A stretch of 63,632 bases of DNA, filler included, from Welwitschia mirabilis (GCA_051453625.1; 5 parts of one record of this genome joined end to end with filler, not necessarily neighbours in it); one strand, 5' to 3'. Numbered from the whole stretch's first letter, positions 1 through 13,958 are shown. The notes: generated from the letters alone by a model not told the origin. Numbers and translations: made by a program.

Positions 1-1638
1 TAACCCCGAAAACATAAGTCCCTAAATCAAATGAAAAGGGGTTGACCAAATCCTTATGGGGTTGATCAATTTTGAGGACCTGATAAACAATATCCTTAGA
101 CTGAATGACAAGTGGTTAACTAGACCTATGATGGGATCAACCAGACCTAAGCACTGTGTAGCTGACACTCCGACACCAATTGTTAAGGGGTTGACCAGAC
201 CTATGAAGGGGTCGACCAAACCTGATGCTGAAAATGGGAAATAATTTTATCAAANNNNNNNNNNNNNNNNNNNNNNNNNNNNNNNNNNNNNNNNNNNNNN
301 NNNNNNNNNNNNNNNNNNNNNNNNNNNNNNNNNNNNNNNNNNNNNNNNNNNNNNNNNNNNNNNNNNNNNNNNNNNNNNNNNNNNNNNNNNNNNNNNNNNN
401 NNNNNNNNNNNNNNNNNNNNNNNNNNNNNNNNNNNNNNNNNNNNNNNNNNNNNNNNNNNNNNNNNNNNNNNNNNNNNNNNNNNNNNNNNNNNNNNNNNNN
501 NNNNNNNNNNNNNNNNNNNNNNNNNNNNNNNNNNNNNNNNNNNNNNNNNNNNNNNNNNNNNNNNNNNNNNNNNNNNNNNNNNNNNNNNNNNNNNNNNNNN
601 NNNNNNNNNNNNNNNNNNNNNNNNNNNNNNNNNNNNNNNNNNNNNNNNNNNNNNNNNNNNNNNNNNNNNNNNNNNNNNNNNNNNNNNNNNNNNNNNNNNN
701 NNNNNNNNNNNNNNNNNNNNNNNNNNNNNNNNNNNNNNNNNNNNNNNNNNNNNNNNNNNNNNNNNNNNNNNNNNNNNNNNNNNNNNNNNNNNNNNNNNNN
801 NNNNNNNNNNNNNNNNNNNNNNGGATGAAACAGAAGTAAAATTTTCTAGTCATTATATATCCATTATGTACCCATTAGATAGACATTTTCTAGCTATTTA
901 TAGATGTTGAAAGTGCATTTCAAATGAAATAAATTCTAAAAGCCTTAAAATATAAATAGTCAAGATATATATACTCATAGAATCTTTTTGAAACTATTTT
1001 TAATTGTGTTAATCTATTGGATCAAAGGAAAGAACACTATAATATTATAATATTCATTATTGTATCTTGGCATTTATACTTATGACCAAGGAAGATCTAT
1101 CATCTGTATCATCTTTACATTCAAGGTTAGATCTTATGCTTCATCTGGTTTTTACATCTATAGGAGAAGAGCTCCATCAAATCTACTAAGTCAAGAACGA
1201 GTGATATTTGTGAATATTTGGCATCATTACATCACAACTTTGCATTATAAAATGTTGAGACTAAGTCTTGAAAAATCCATTCAAAGGTTGAGACTAAGCC
1301 TAAAAAAGTCCATTTATAAAGGTTATAGGTGAAATTGGAATACTGGTGAACTAATAAAGATTCGAATCTATTTTGGGGATAAGCTAATAATTAAGAGTGG
1401 AGTAGGGGATTTTTTGAACCACTATAAATCATACATACTTCTCATCGGTACTTTTGTATTTTTAGTTATTATTCCTTTACTTCTATTATTTTCCTATTTC
1501 ATGCACATTTTAGATTAGTTAATTATTGTATGCATGTTTTATTCAAGATTGGATTCATTTAGAATATTATGTTGTATATTTTTAAAGAATCTATTTACCT
1601 ATTCTATAGGGTTCTTAATCCTATCATTTACTATTTCA
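1..1638 (+). repeat. 5' LTR of copia element (left end runs off window)
   Basis: Position 1 aligns to about 8502 of the 3' LTR (taacc..ga.aac.taagtcc). Shared tataaatag box (~951 vs ~9022) and shared end (aaagaa.ctatt...gttctt.atcctatca). Ends tttCA just before a PBS-like motif. Confidence 0.85.
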
Positions 1639-1641
1639 CTT

Positions 1642-1653
1642 CGGTTTCAGATC
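1642..1653 (+). promoter_or_regulatory. Degenerate primer-binding site (tRNA-iMet type)
   Basis: cggtttcagatc matches the canonical TGGTATCAGAGC at 9/12 and lies 3 nt after the LTR-terminal CA. Confidence 0.6.
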
Positions 1654-2322
1654 TTGCTTCTGAGTAGGTTAAGTCTTTTCTTAGATCTTAACTGATCTAG
1701 ACTTCAAAACCCCATAATGGATATTTACTTTGATGACTTTTCAAATATACCCTTCCTAGATACTTGTACTTTTATTTGTATATTTTGGATAACATATAGA
1801 TATATTTTCAAACAGATTGCAACTAGTGAAAACACATAGGAGTTAAGTAAAAATGACAAAAGAAATGTTCAAAAATCTAACAAATAAAGGGGAATTTCCT
1901 TTATGGCACTTGTGCCTCCTTTATAAAATATGCCTAATACATTNNNNNNNNNNNNNNNNNNNNNNNNNNNNNNNNNNNNNNNNNNNNNNNNNNNNNNNNN
2001 NNNNNNNNNNNNNNNNNNNNNNNNNNNNNNNNNNNNNNNNNNNATCTTGCTTCTGAGTAGGTTAAGTCTTTTCTTAGATCTTAACTAATCTAGATTTCAA
2101 AACCCCATAATGGATATTTACTTTGATGACTTTTTAAATATACCCTTCCTAGATACTTGTACTTTTATCTGTATATTTTGGATAACATATAGATATATTT
2201 TCAAACAGATTGCAACTAGTGAAAACACACAGGAGTCAAGTAAAAATGACAAAAGAAATGTTTAAAAATCTAACAAATAAAGGGAAATTTCCTTTATGGC
2301 ACTTGTGCCTTCTTTATAAAAT

Positions 2323-5300
2323 ATGCCTAATACATTAGATTATGATGACCTTGATGTGATCAATGAAGAAAAAGATGAGCTAGAAGACATCTCCCAAGAG
2401 TTATACCAAGAATGTAAAAAGCTGGCTAAAAGGATAAATGATTTGAATAAGATTATAAAATCTCTCACTAAGGAAAAGGAGGAAATGGAATCAAGTTTCA
2501 AAAGAATCAAATCAAAAAACTCAGATTTCACTCTACAAGTAAAAGAGTTATCTTATTTTGTTAATAAATTTTCAAGTGGATCTACTAAATTGAAACAGAT
2601 GCTTGAAGTTCACAAACCTGTTAATAATAAATCAGGTATTAGCTTCATCTCTTAAAAACCTCAAAGGTAGCAAAATCAGATAACTAGTGATGGTAACTTC
2701 TTTTCAAAAGCTACTTGTCATTTTTATGGAAGAAAGGATTACTCAAAACTTATATGTAATGTTAGAAAATTAATGTTATTTTCACACNNNNNNNNNNNNN
2801 NNNNNNNNNNNNNNNNNNNNNNNNNNNNNNNNNNNNNNNNNNNNNNNNNNNNNNNNNNNNNNNNNNNNNNNNNNNNNNNNNNNNNNNAGCTACTTGTCAT
2901 TTTTATGGAAGAAAGGATCACTCAAAACTTATATGTAATGTTAGAAAATTAATGTTATTTTCACACTCAGTTAGTACTTTTTCATTTAAATTTATTCCTA
3001 AAGAAGGTGTACCACATAAGTCTAGAAAGATTATGTTGGTAAACGATGATGATTTTAAAAATCTTTTAATGTAGATAGCTTTCAAGGTTTCATATAGCAT
3101 AAGTTGGTATCTCTATAGTAGGTGTTCAAGGCATATGACAGGAGAAAAATCTAGATNNNNNNNNNNNNNNNNNNNNNNNNNNNNNNNNNNNNNNNNNNNN
3201 NNNNNNNNNNNNNNNNNNNNNNNNNNNNNNNNNNNNNNNNNNNNNNNNNNNNNNNNCTTAAAAGTCTTTTAATGCAGATAGCTTTCAAGGTTTCATATAG
3301 CATAAGTTGGTATCTCTATAGTGGGTGTTCAAGGCATATGACAGGAGAAAAATCTAGATTCAAACAACTAAGCAACATTGATAGAGGAGGGGTAACTTTC
3401 AGGGACAATGGAAGAGAAACAATAAAAGGCATTGGAAGTATTAGTAGAGGTAACCTTTTTAGAATTAATGAAGTTTTGTATGTAAATGGTTTAAAGCATA
3501 ATTTATTGAGCATTAGCCAAATTTGTAACAAAGGTCATAAGGTAGTTTTTGATAAATTAAAATGTCAAATTTTGCATGGAAAATAGAATGATGTAACTCT
3601 TAGACTAAGTAGAATAGATAATGTTTATAACATAGATCAATTATTTTTTTTCATGTTATTTTTTAAATGTTCCTTAAGAAGAGCTATGGCATAAATGAGT
3701 AGGTCATGTTAATTATGATCAGTTGAAAATAATTATTCATAAAACCATCATGAAATGTATTCCTAAGATAGATGTAAAGAAAAGAGGCTTATGGAATGCA
3801 TTCCAAAAGGAAAAACAAATTAGGACTTCACATAAAAGCAAAATACAAATGTCCACATCCATGCCATTAGAGTTTATTCATATGGATCTAGTAGGCCCTG
3901 CTCAAACTTAAAGTCTAAGTAAAAAATGTTATTTTCTCACCATCATTGACAATTTCTCTAGATATACTTGGATAGCCTTTTTGACAAACAAATTTAAAGC
4001 TTACAAATATTGGATTGATATTTGCAATAAGATTCAAAATGAAAAGGGATATATGATAAAGAAAATAAGAAGCCATTATGGTGGTGAATTTGAGAATCAT
4101 TTTTTTAAAAACCACTGCATTGAAAATGGAATTAATCTTTAATTTTCAGCCATAAAAACACCACAAAAAAATGTATAGCTGAAAAAAAAATAGAGTTCTT
4201 CAAGAAATGGCACAAACTATGCTAAATGATAAGGAGGTTCCTAAATTATTTTCGGCTAAGGCAGCTAGCATAGCATGCCATATTATTAAAAGAGCATATC
4301 TTAGACTTGGAACTAACAAAACATCATATGAGTTATGAAAAGAAAGATAACCTAATGTGTCATATTTTAAAGTATTCGAAAGTAAATTCTATATGCTAAA
4401 AAATAGAGAACATTCGAGCAAATTTGAGTCTAAAGAAGATGAAGCTATTTTCTTGGGTTACTCAACTAGAAGTAGAGCCTATCGTGTTTTTAATGAAAGA
4501 AGCATAATGATAGAAGAGTCAATTAATGTGCAAATTAATGTAATTGATACAAAACCAAACCACATAAATGAAGAGAAAGTCATAACTACAAGTATTGCCA
4601 TAACCAATGAAGGTTCTACCAAAAGTAATGAAGTTCAAATAAATGAAGGCATACCAAAAAAACCCAAACTGCTTAAAGATAATCCTTTAGAATATATTAT
4701 TATAGAAGTTAACTCAAAAATAAAGACAAGAGGTTTTAATGCAAGATGAGCTACAAAAATTTAAAATAAATGATGTTTGGAAGCTAGTAGAAAGGCCAAA
4801 ATATAAAAATATCATTAGAACTAAATAGATTTTTAAAAACAAATGTGATGAAGAAAACAATGTAATTAAAAATAAGGTCATATTAGTAGATCAAGGCTAC
4901 AATCAAATAGAAGGCATTGATGTAGGAGATACTTTTACTTTAGTTGCAAGGCTGGCAAGTATTATAATGTTTTTGTCCTTTATAGCTTTCAAGAATCTCA
5001 AATTTTATAAAATGGATGTAAAGAGTGATTTTCTAAATGGTATGTTAATTGAAGAAGTTTATGTAGAACAATCACAAAGTTTTATTAATCCTCATAAAAA
5101 TAATCATGTATATAGATTTAACAAAGATTTTTATGGATTGAAACAAGCTCCAAAAGCTTGGTATTAGAAGCTAGATATCTTTTTAAATAAAAATGGATAT
5201 ATTCGAGGAACTGTAGACAAAACCTTATTTGTAAAGATCCTGAAAAAGGATGTTATTATTATACAAATTTACGTAAATGATATTATTATTAGTGACTCAA

Positions 5301-6790
5301 ATGAAAAGCTATCAAAAGAATTTACAAATATTATGAAAAAGCAATTTAAAATAAGTATTCTTGATAAAGTAAAGATGTTTCTTGAACTTTATATCAAGTA
5401 ATATAAAGATGGAATATTTATTTCTTAGTTCAAATACACAAGAGATTTAATCAAATGCTTTGAATTAGAAAATAAAAAACAATTGAAACTCCTATGNNNN
5501 NNNNNNNNNNNNNNNNNNNNNNNNNNNNNNNNNNNNNNNNNNNNNNNNNNNNNNNNNNNNNNNNNNNNNNNNNNNNNNNNNNNNNNNNNNNNNNNNCAAA
5601 ATATAAAAATATCATTAGAAATAAATAGATTTTTAAAAAAAAATGTGATGAAGAAAACAATGTAATTAAAAATAAGGCCATATTAGTAGCTCAAGGCTAC
5701 AATCAAATAGAAGGCATTGATGTAGGAGATACTTTTACTTCAGTTGCAAGGCTGGATAGTATTATAATGTTTTTGTCCTTTATAGCTTTCAAGAATCTCA
5801 AATTTTATAAAATGGATGTAAAGAGTGATTTTGTAAATGGTATGTTAATTGAAGAAGTTTATGTAGAACAATCAAAAAGTTTTATTAATCCTCATAAAAC
5901 TAATCATGTTTATAGATTTAAAAAAGATTTTTATGGATTGAAACAAGCTCAAAAAGCTTGGTATGAGAAGCTAGATATCTTTTTAAATAAAAATGGATAT
6001 ATTTGAGGAACTATAGACAAAACCTTATTTGTAAAGATCCTGAAAAAGGATGTTATTATTATACAAATTTACGTAGATTATATTATTATTAGTGACTCAA
6101 ATGAAAAGCTATCAAAAGAATTTACAAATATTATGACAAAACAATTTAAAATGAGTATGCTTGATAAAGTAAAGATGTTTCTTGAACTTTATATCAAGTA
6201 ATATAAAGATTTATTTCTTAGTTCAAATATGCAAGAGATTTAATCAAATTCTTTGAATTAGAAAATAAAAAACAATTGACACTTCTATGTCTACATCATG
6301 TAAAGTAAGTTTGGATGAAAATGACAAACTAGTGGATTAAAAAATTTACAGAAGTATGATTGGTAGTTTATTATATTTGAGTGCAAGTAGACTAGATATT
6401 ATGTTTAGTATTGGAGTATGTGCAAGGTATTAATCCCAATTCAAATAATCACATATTCAAGTAGTAAAAGGAATAATCAGATATGTAAAAGGCACATGTG
6501 ATTATAGCTTATGGTATCCCACTGAGACATCTTTCAAACTTGTAGGTTTTAATGATGTGGATTGGGCTGGACGCAAAGATAATATAAAGAGCACAAGTGG
6601 AAATGGATTTCTATTAGGTTCATGTTTGGTAAGATGGGCAAGTAAGAAATAAAACTCTGTTTCTCTCTTTATTGCAAAAGTTAAATATATTGTAATAGGT
6701 AGTTATTTCACTCATCTGTTATAAATGAAAGAAATGCTAAAAGATTTTGTTATTAATTTTGAACAAGTCCTTATTTTTTGTGATAATACT
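2323..6790 (+). pseudogene. Copia gag-pol remnant (coiled coil, zinc knuckle, protease, integrase, RT, RNase H) with many stops and frameshifts
   Basis: Decayed knuckle KATCHFYGRK..SKLIC (~2707-2757). Protease WYLYSGCSRHMTG...LKHNLLSISQIC (3308-3530). Integrase PLEFIHMDLVGP and AIFLGYSTRSRAYRVFN. RT YKMDVKSDFLNG, FYGLKQAPKAWY, YV(D/N)(D/Y). RNase H DVDWAG...KSTSG. Confidence 0.95.
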
Positions 6791-8220
6791 NNNNNNNNNN
6801 NNNNNNNNNNNNNNNNNNNNNNNNNNNNNNNNNNNNNNNNNNNNNNNNNNNNNNNNNNNNNNNNNNNNNNNNNNNNNNNNNNNNNNNNNNNNNNNNNNNN
6901 NNNNNNNNNNNNNNNNNNNNNNNNNNNNNNNNNNNNNNNNNNNNNNNNNNNNNNNNNNNNNNNNNNNNNNNNNNNNNNNNNNNNNNNNNNNNNNNNNNNN
7001 NNNNNNNNNNNNNNNNNNNNNNNNNNNNNNNNNNNNNNNNNNNNNNNNNNNNNNNNNNNNNNNNNNNNNNNNNNNNNNNNNNNNNNNNNNNNNNNNNNNN
7101 NNNNNNNNNNNNNNNNNNNNNNNNNNNNNNNNNNNNNNNNNNNNNNNNNNNNNNNNNNNNNNNNNNNNNNNNNNNNNNNNNNNNNNNNNNNNNNNNNNNN
7201 NNNNNNNNNNNNNNNNNNNNNNNNNNNNNNNNNNNNNNNNNNNNNNNNNNNNNNNNNNNNNNNNNNNNNNNNNNNNNNNNNNNNNNNNNNNNNNNNNNNN
7301 NNNNNNNNNNNNNNNNNNNNNNNNNNNNNNNNNNNNNNNNNNNNNNNNNNNNNNNNNNNNNNNNNAATTTTAATACTTGTCTCCATCTTAGAAATGAACT
7401 GGGGGTTATCTCACCATTCTATGGCTAATTGTAGGATGGTTAATGAGATCCTTAATTCAATCAACCAGAGAAGGTCTGTCGACTGGCTTTAAAACTCAGT
7501 TGTTTGGACCCTCTAAGTTCTATAGCTATCCTAGTGAAACTATAGAATGGGAATTTTATTGTTACTCCTTGCTTTCATCTCTGTATTCTATTTTTCTAAT
7601 TTCTTTTTATATGTAAACCTTTGTGCTCTCCNNNNNNNNNNNNNNNNNNNNNNNNNNNNNNNNNNNNNNNNNNNNNNNNNNNNNNNNNNNNNNNNNNNNN
7701 NNNNNNNNNNNNNNNNNNNNNNNNNNNNNNNTTCTTTTTATATGTAAACCTTTGTGCTCTCCTTTTTCATTAATGTTAAAAGGAGAAGAATTAGTTGTTA
7801 AATGGTTTTTCTTATGTAATGAAATCTACATGTACTTTTCTATTATACACTAAATTGCTTTTAATTGGTATCTCAAATATTTTTGTTCTTATGCAAATCA
7901 TATGTGCTTAGCATGTTTTTCATGTTTCTCTATTTATATCATATTTTAAAATCTTCTAATATTAGAAATGAATTCTAAAATATGACATCTGATCAAAGTG
8001 TTAAATAGTTTACATGATCAAATTATGCTTTCCATAAATTTGCACCATTAACCTTTCAAATATGCATATTAAATTTATTTCATTTCAAGCACAAAATTTT
8101 ATTGTTTAAAATGTCTTAACATGTTTAAAAAGGTGTATTATTTTGTAATAAGCATTTTGTAAGAATGATCTTTTCTAAGTCCATATGTTTCACAACTAAG
8201 TATTATTTGCCATTAATGTC

Positions 8221-8232
8221 AAAAGGGGGAGA
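8221..8232 (+). promoter_or_regulatory. Polypurine tract of copia element
   Basis: aaaagggggaga directly precedes the LTR-initial TG at 8234. Confidence 0.9.
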
Positions 8233-8233
8233 T

Positions 8234-9720
8234 TGTTAGATTATGTTGTATTAATTGATCTTAAACTAATGTTCTCTGTATAGCAAATTTTATGTATCCT
8301 AATTAAAAGATGTTAATTACTTGTAGGTTGAAAGGTGAAACCAAAACCATTAAATTCTGAGCATTGGAAACCTATCAGTATTTTACCTTATTGAGGGGTC
8401 GATCAAACTTTCAAGGGATTGACCACACCTAAAGCAAATAGACTAAAATGAACTGCATCTAGAGGGGTTGACTGAATTTCTTATGGGGTCGACTAGACCT
8501 GTAACCCTGAGAACCTAAGTCCTTAGACTAAATGAAAAGGATTCAACTGAATCCTTATGGGGTTAACTAGATTTGAGAACCTGATAAATAGTATCCCTAA
8601 ACTAAATAATAAGGGTTAACTGAATTTATGATGGGATCAACTTGACCTAAGTACTGTGAAGCTAATACTTTTAAGGGGTTAACTATACCTATGAAGGGAT
8701 TGACCAGACCTAATGCTAGAGACGAGAAAGAATTTTATCAGCATGAGAAAGTGACCAAATTATGTAGTGGGTGATTGGACTAGAGTCAACCAAATCCATA
8801 TGGGGTCAATTAAACATGAAGCTATAAGAAATTAAGGCAACCAAAATTCCCACTTGGGTAACCTGTGTAAGTCATGGCACTAGATGGAGTCACTGTACTT
8901 TTGAGGGGTCAACCAGATGGAGTCACTGTATTCATTATATAGCTATTTGATAGCCATTTTCTAGTCATTTATAGCCATTAGAAGCACATTTCAAATGTAA
9001 TAAATCCTAAAAGCCTTTTAATATAAATAGTCAAGAGATACATAACCATAGAACCTTTTTAGAACTATTTTTAATTGTGTCAATCTATTAGATCAAAGNN
9101 NNNNNNNNNNNNNNNNNNNNNNNNNNNNNNNNNNNNNNNNNNNNNNNNNNNNNNNNNNNNNNNNNNNNNNNNNNNNNNNNNNNNNNNNNNNNNNNNNNNN
9201 NNNNNNNNNNNNNNNNNNNNNNNNNNNNNNNNNNNNNNNNNNNNNNNNNNNNNNNNNNNNNNNNNNNNNNNNNNNNNNNNNNNNNNNNNNNNNNNNNNNN
9301 NNNNNNNNNNNNNNNNNTACTTTGCATTCTGAAAGGTTGTGATTAAGCCTTGAAAAGTATGTTTAAAGGTTGAGACTAAGCCTAGAAAAGTCAAATTATA
9401 AAGGTTACAGATGAACTTAGAATACCTAGTGGAGTAACAAAGATCTAGATCCTGTTTGGGAATAAGCTGATCATCAAGAGTGGAGTGGGAGATTTTCCAA
9501 ACCACTATAAATCTTATGTTCTTCTCATTGGTACTTTTTTACTTTTAATTATTATTTATTTACTTCTATTATTTTCCTATTTCATGTACATTTTGAATTA
9601 GTTAATTATTGTATGCAAGTTTTATTCAAAATTAGATTTATTTCGAACATTGTGTTGTCTATTTTTAAAGAACCTATTCATCCCCCTTTAAGGTTCTTGA
9701 TCCTATCAGTTTACTTTGAA
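8234..9720 (+). repeat. 3' LTR of copia element
   Basis: Starts TGTTAG after the PPT and is homologous to 1-1638. C-rich cctattcatccccct near the end. Exact end is ambiguous (9708-9720). Confidence 0.88.
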
Positions 9721-12191
9721 TTTAATAGATCTTTATNNNNNNNNNNNNNNNNNNNNNNNNNNNNNNNNNNNNNNNNNNNNNNNNNNNNNNNNNNNNNNNN
9801 NNNNNNNNNNNNNNNNNNNNNNNNNNNNNNNNNNNNNNNNNNNNNNNNNNNNNNNNNNNNNNNNNNNNNNNNNNNNNNNNNNNNNNNNNNNNNNNNNNNN
9901 NNNNNNNNNNNNNNNNNNNNNNNNNNNNNNNNNNNNNNNNNNNNNNNNNNNNNNNNNNNNNNNNNNNNNNNNNNNNNNNNNNNNNNNNNNNNNNNNNNNN
10001 NNNNNNNNNNNNNNNNNNNNNNNNNNNNNNNNNNNNNNNCCTTTAAGGTTCTTGATCATATCAGTTTACTTTGAATTTAATAGATCTTTATAGATTTTAC
10101 TTCTTTTACCTTTAACATCCTAGTATCTTATATATCTTAGATTCTATATATGCTCCATTTGATCCTCAAATAATACCATTTTACACCCTATGTATGATTC
10201 TATTTTTATTTTGGAGGAGAGTAATCATTTGAATTTTGGGTTGAGTGAATAAAATAGTGTTCTTTTTAAGATGACTCATTTGAATTTTGATTTCATAAAT
10301 ATTTTGGCTAAATAATGAGATAAATTTATTTTTGTAAATAAAATAGATACCCATAAGCATGGTGTGGCTACTTTCAATTTTGTAACTCCCTATTATGTTG
10401 CTTAAAGATAACTTATTACTTATTGCACCTTCCACCATGATCACTCTAGGAAGATTTCTTATTATGCCATATACTTAATCTCTTTTATTGAGGTATTTCT
10501 TGTGATTATGGCTCTACTATTTACTCATCTACATTAGCACAACTTATTCATCTTAAAAGAGGTAAATATAGGGGAACATATTTTAATGGTTATGTGTTTC
10601 TAAGACTGTACTTTATAAGAACTAGGCCTAGAAGATTTTAATCATATTTTTCTTCTTTATTTAATTCTTTTTTTTTTTTACTATCCTTAAAAAATGTACC
10701 TTATCAACCCTTACTTTATTCACACTCTTTTAGTGCAATGAAAAGAGAAGGTTTAAGTTCTTATAATCTTAGGAATTTTTTTGAGGGTACTTTCTCTATT
10801 TTATTTGAGGTAATGATTTTATTTTATTATTCTTTTAATAATAATATAACATTAGTTAGGGATTTTATTTGTATGGTGTGTAGATCAATAGAGTAATTAC
10901 TTCTAGTTCACAAGGCTTCTTACATCATCATGAGATTAAGGAAGTGGTGTAGCTAATTCCTTGTAAGATACCTGATAAGGATTTACCCCTTAGCTTTTAT
11001 CATCATACTTATATTCACAAGTATATTTTTATTCTTTATTATTTTATTATGAATGTGGCTTTATTTCTTGCCTATTTTCCTTTTAGAAAAAGTAAGTGCT
11101 CTTGATTCGTTTATAGGATTTAAAGACTTTGCCTATCACAAATGCGAAGGAGGTAAAGTTTGCTTTCTTACATGCTTTAGAAGATTTAAAATAGCTGAGG
11201 TAGCAAGATATTATAGTAAATTATTCCATATTCTCCTTTTCCTTCATCTTTTTAAGATCACTTTTAAACTTAAACCTAGATCTTAATAATGATATTTTGG
11301 ATTTCAATAATCTACTATCCTAGGGAAACATGTTATATTTCAATTTTTATTTTTCTTCTTCTATGTTGTAGTATCCATTGGTTATGAAACATGTTCTATA
11401 ATATTTTCCTTTCCCTCCTCTTATAGTTAGGAGCATAGCTAAAGTAATAAATCAAATCATGTACTAGACAAATTAGATGCTCTTAGTGCTAGGTTTCAAG
11501 CTCTTTAATATATGCTTTATACCAAATTTTTAGACCAAATTAGAAAGTTTCAAGCTCTTTAATATATGCTTTATACTTGAGTAACTCATTATTCACAAGT
11601 AGATGATGTTTATTCATTTCATCATTCTCATGCTACCAATTTTTCTTATGACTATAAAGGAGTTGTAGGAGTCATTTCATTCTTCATTTTACTCCCCAGT
11701 AAGAATGGTTATAGTAGGTAAAGAATTTTTATGATCTAACAGATATGATAAAATATTTCTACTACATGATCCACCATGGGATTGAGTAGCAAAAAACCAC
11801 AAATAACACCATTTTCATGCTTAAGATAATGTCATTTTCTCTGTATCTATCTAAATATAATATTTTTCTATTTATAATAGTCCTCTTTATTTTTGAAAAA
11901 TGAAGTAAGAAATTTATGCCTTTATGAAAAGAAATCAAGGATGGATACTTCTTAATTAACATCTTTGGAAGCCAAGCATGCAAAATTTTTGCATGGTTGA
12001 CAAAGAGCAAGTAGATGATTTGTACTTGTTTTAGTTATTTGACTTATACCATAGATGATATTATAGCCATATATATCATAGTGGTGAGCTACCTTGGAAG
12101 CATTTGTTAGATGCTTTAGTAGCCTAGAGTAAACTTTAAATGAAGTTATACTGGAAGCCTTTTCTAATTTCTTCTGAGTTAGATAAAGCAT

Positions 12192-13937
12192 TGTTGTAAT
12201 GCCAAATTATATGTATTTGATAAGGTATTCTGTATAATTTTGCAGTACATTAGACAAGTTTATTCTGAGTCTTGATGATAATGAAGAGCTAAGAAAATTA
12301 TCAAAAAAACATGCAATCTTCATTATATTTGATAGCATTTAAGGCAAATTGTAATAACTCTTATCTAAAGCAGAAATATGGTAATCAAAGAGGCTAATCT
12401 AATATAAGAAACATATTTATGAAGCCCATCATCCTCCCTATCATTTAGATGATAGTACAAATGATAGAAGAACTTATTCTTACTAGAACACTTACTAGAC
12501 CAAACTAACAACTGATGTGGATCCTATATGATATGGAATCATCTTATATAACTTCTAAATAACTAGTAGGATAACACCTAAAATAACTTTTTACTAGAGT
12601 TTATCAAACTTTTACCATGCATCCTGTTCCTTCTTATGTGGCCATTAAGGTTTTACTACATTTGTTAGTGTTTGCTATTTTTGGAGTCTTATTTATAATA
12701 AATAACTCCTTCATCCTCAACTTTAATTTTATCTTCTTTGGCATTAAAAATTCTTGTGATAAGAGATTGAAAGGTAGGAGATCCATCTTTTATTATTATA
12801 GAGAAACATATTCCTTAATGTTGGGNNNNNNNNNNNNAAATACTTCCTATCTAAAGTAGAAATATTGTAATAAAAGAGGTTGATTTGATACAAAACACAT
12901 CTTTAAAAAAGCCCATCATCCACATTATTATCTAGATGATAACACAGATGATAGAAGAACTCATGCTGACTAGGACACTTACTAGACCAATCTAGTAGTT
13001 GATGTGGATCTTGTATGATATTGAATTATCTCCTGTGATATCTGAACAACCAGTAAGATGATACCTAAAAATAATAGTTTATAAAACTTTATTAAACTTT
13101 TGCCATGTATCATGTGCCTTTTTGAATGACTTTTAGGGTTTTACCACATATGTGAGTATTTGCTATTTGTAGAGTCTTTGTTTGTAATAAATATCTCATT
13201 CATCCTTGACTTAAATTTTATCTTCTTTGGAACTAAAAATTAGTGGGATAGGAGATTAAAGAGTAGGAGATCCATCTTTTATTATTGTAGAGAAACATAT
13301 TCCTTAATGTTGGGTTGTGTATCCTTTATTGAGGTGCTACTACTTTGTAACATAGATGTGGATTCCAATATACCAGAAACTCTATTTTTCCTTTTGTATC
13401 TTTTATTATATACATATGTCTTATGGTTTATGTTTCTTATGATTTCATGATAGCTGCATTTATAATGTAGATTAAAAGGGAAACCTTCGTTAAGATTGGT
13501 ACTAGTAGTCTAGGTGCATTACATTTTATTTTCTAGATTAACTTGAATTGTTTTTATATTTTTTTAACGCAATATATAGCTTAGGTTAGTCTTGGTATGG
13601 TAATGGATTTCCTTAATTGATTAGGTTATACAGGGTTAATCTCTATGATAGGTTGATTTGGTAATTAAATAGATGTTGCATTTAGCTTAGTATTACATAT
13701 TGTTTTTATAGTATATTTACTTACATTGTTTACTTTGCATTATTATTTTGTTCTATTCATAAAATACATAAAAATTTTATTTGAGATCATTTCTCTTTAT
13801 TCTCTCTTGTGCCTTTAATGAGTTATGACATTCGAGTCACTTTCATCTATATCAATGTGTTGTGTTTTGTAATATATATTTGTTATTAATAGGATTTAAT
13901 AAGAATGTGAAAGACTATATACATACACACCACAACA
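12192..13937 (+). repeat. Athila-like LTR, family A, copy A1 (5' LTR; includes a diverged ~470-bp duplication across a 12-N gap)
   Basis: tgttgt...cacaaca inverted termini. Start is homologous to 45638 onward; 3' half is homologous to 16560-16933 plus 33170-33773. Followed by a PBS. Confidence 0.8.
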
Positions 13938-13940
13938 TAT

Positions 13941-13958
13941 TAGCACCATTACTGAGAA
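13941..13958 (+). promoter_or_regulatory. Degenerate Athila-type PBS
   Basis: tagcaccattactgagaa differs from TGGCGCCGTTGCCGGGGA only by G>A and C>T transitions and lies 3 nt after the LTR end. Confidence 0.7.

Larger units (their letters stand above)
1..9720 (+). mobile_element. Decayed Ty1/copia LTR retrotransposon, Sirevirus (SIRE/Maximus)-like
   Basis: Two homologous LTRs flank gag-PR-INT-RT-RH remnants in copia order. Sirevirus-type features: GGGGTCGACC repeated LTR motif, C-rich LTR end, AGGGGGAG PPT with an upstream degenerate copy. Confidence 0.9.

Noticed and set aside
137-853. Long ORFs in the ORF track (for example 137-853, 6725-7492, 38521-39495, 53757-54521)
   Set aside because: They consist mostly of X from N-runs and are not coding evidence.
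4797-6290. Apparent tandem duplication of the copia RT (two copies of the same ORF)
   Set aside because: Near-identical copies directly flank a 100-N gap, most likely unmerged contig overlaps or haplotypes. The same pattern occurs at the gaps starting 1944, 2788, 3157, 19171, 21273, 23695, 26508, 27464, 28102, 52567 and 57842.
10090-12190. Possible gene or element between the copia element and LTR A1
   Set aside because: Short ORFs gave no recognisable motif or termini; left unassigned.
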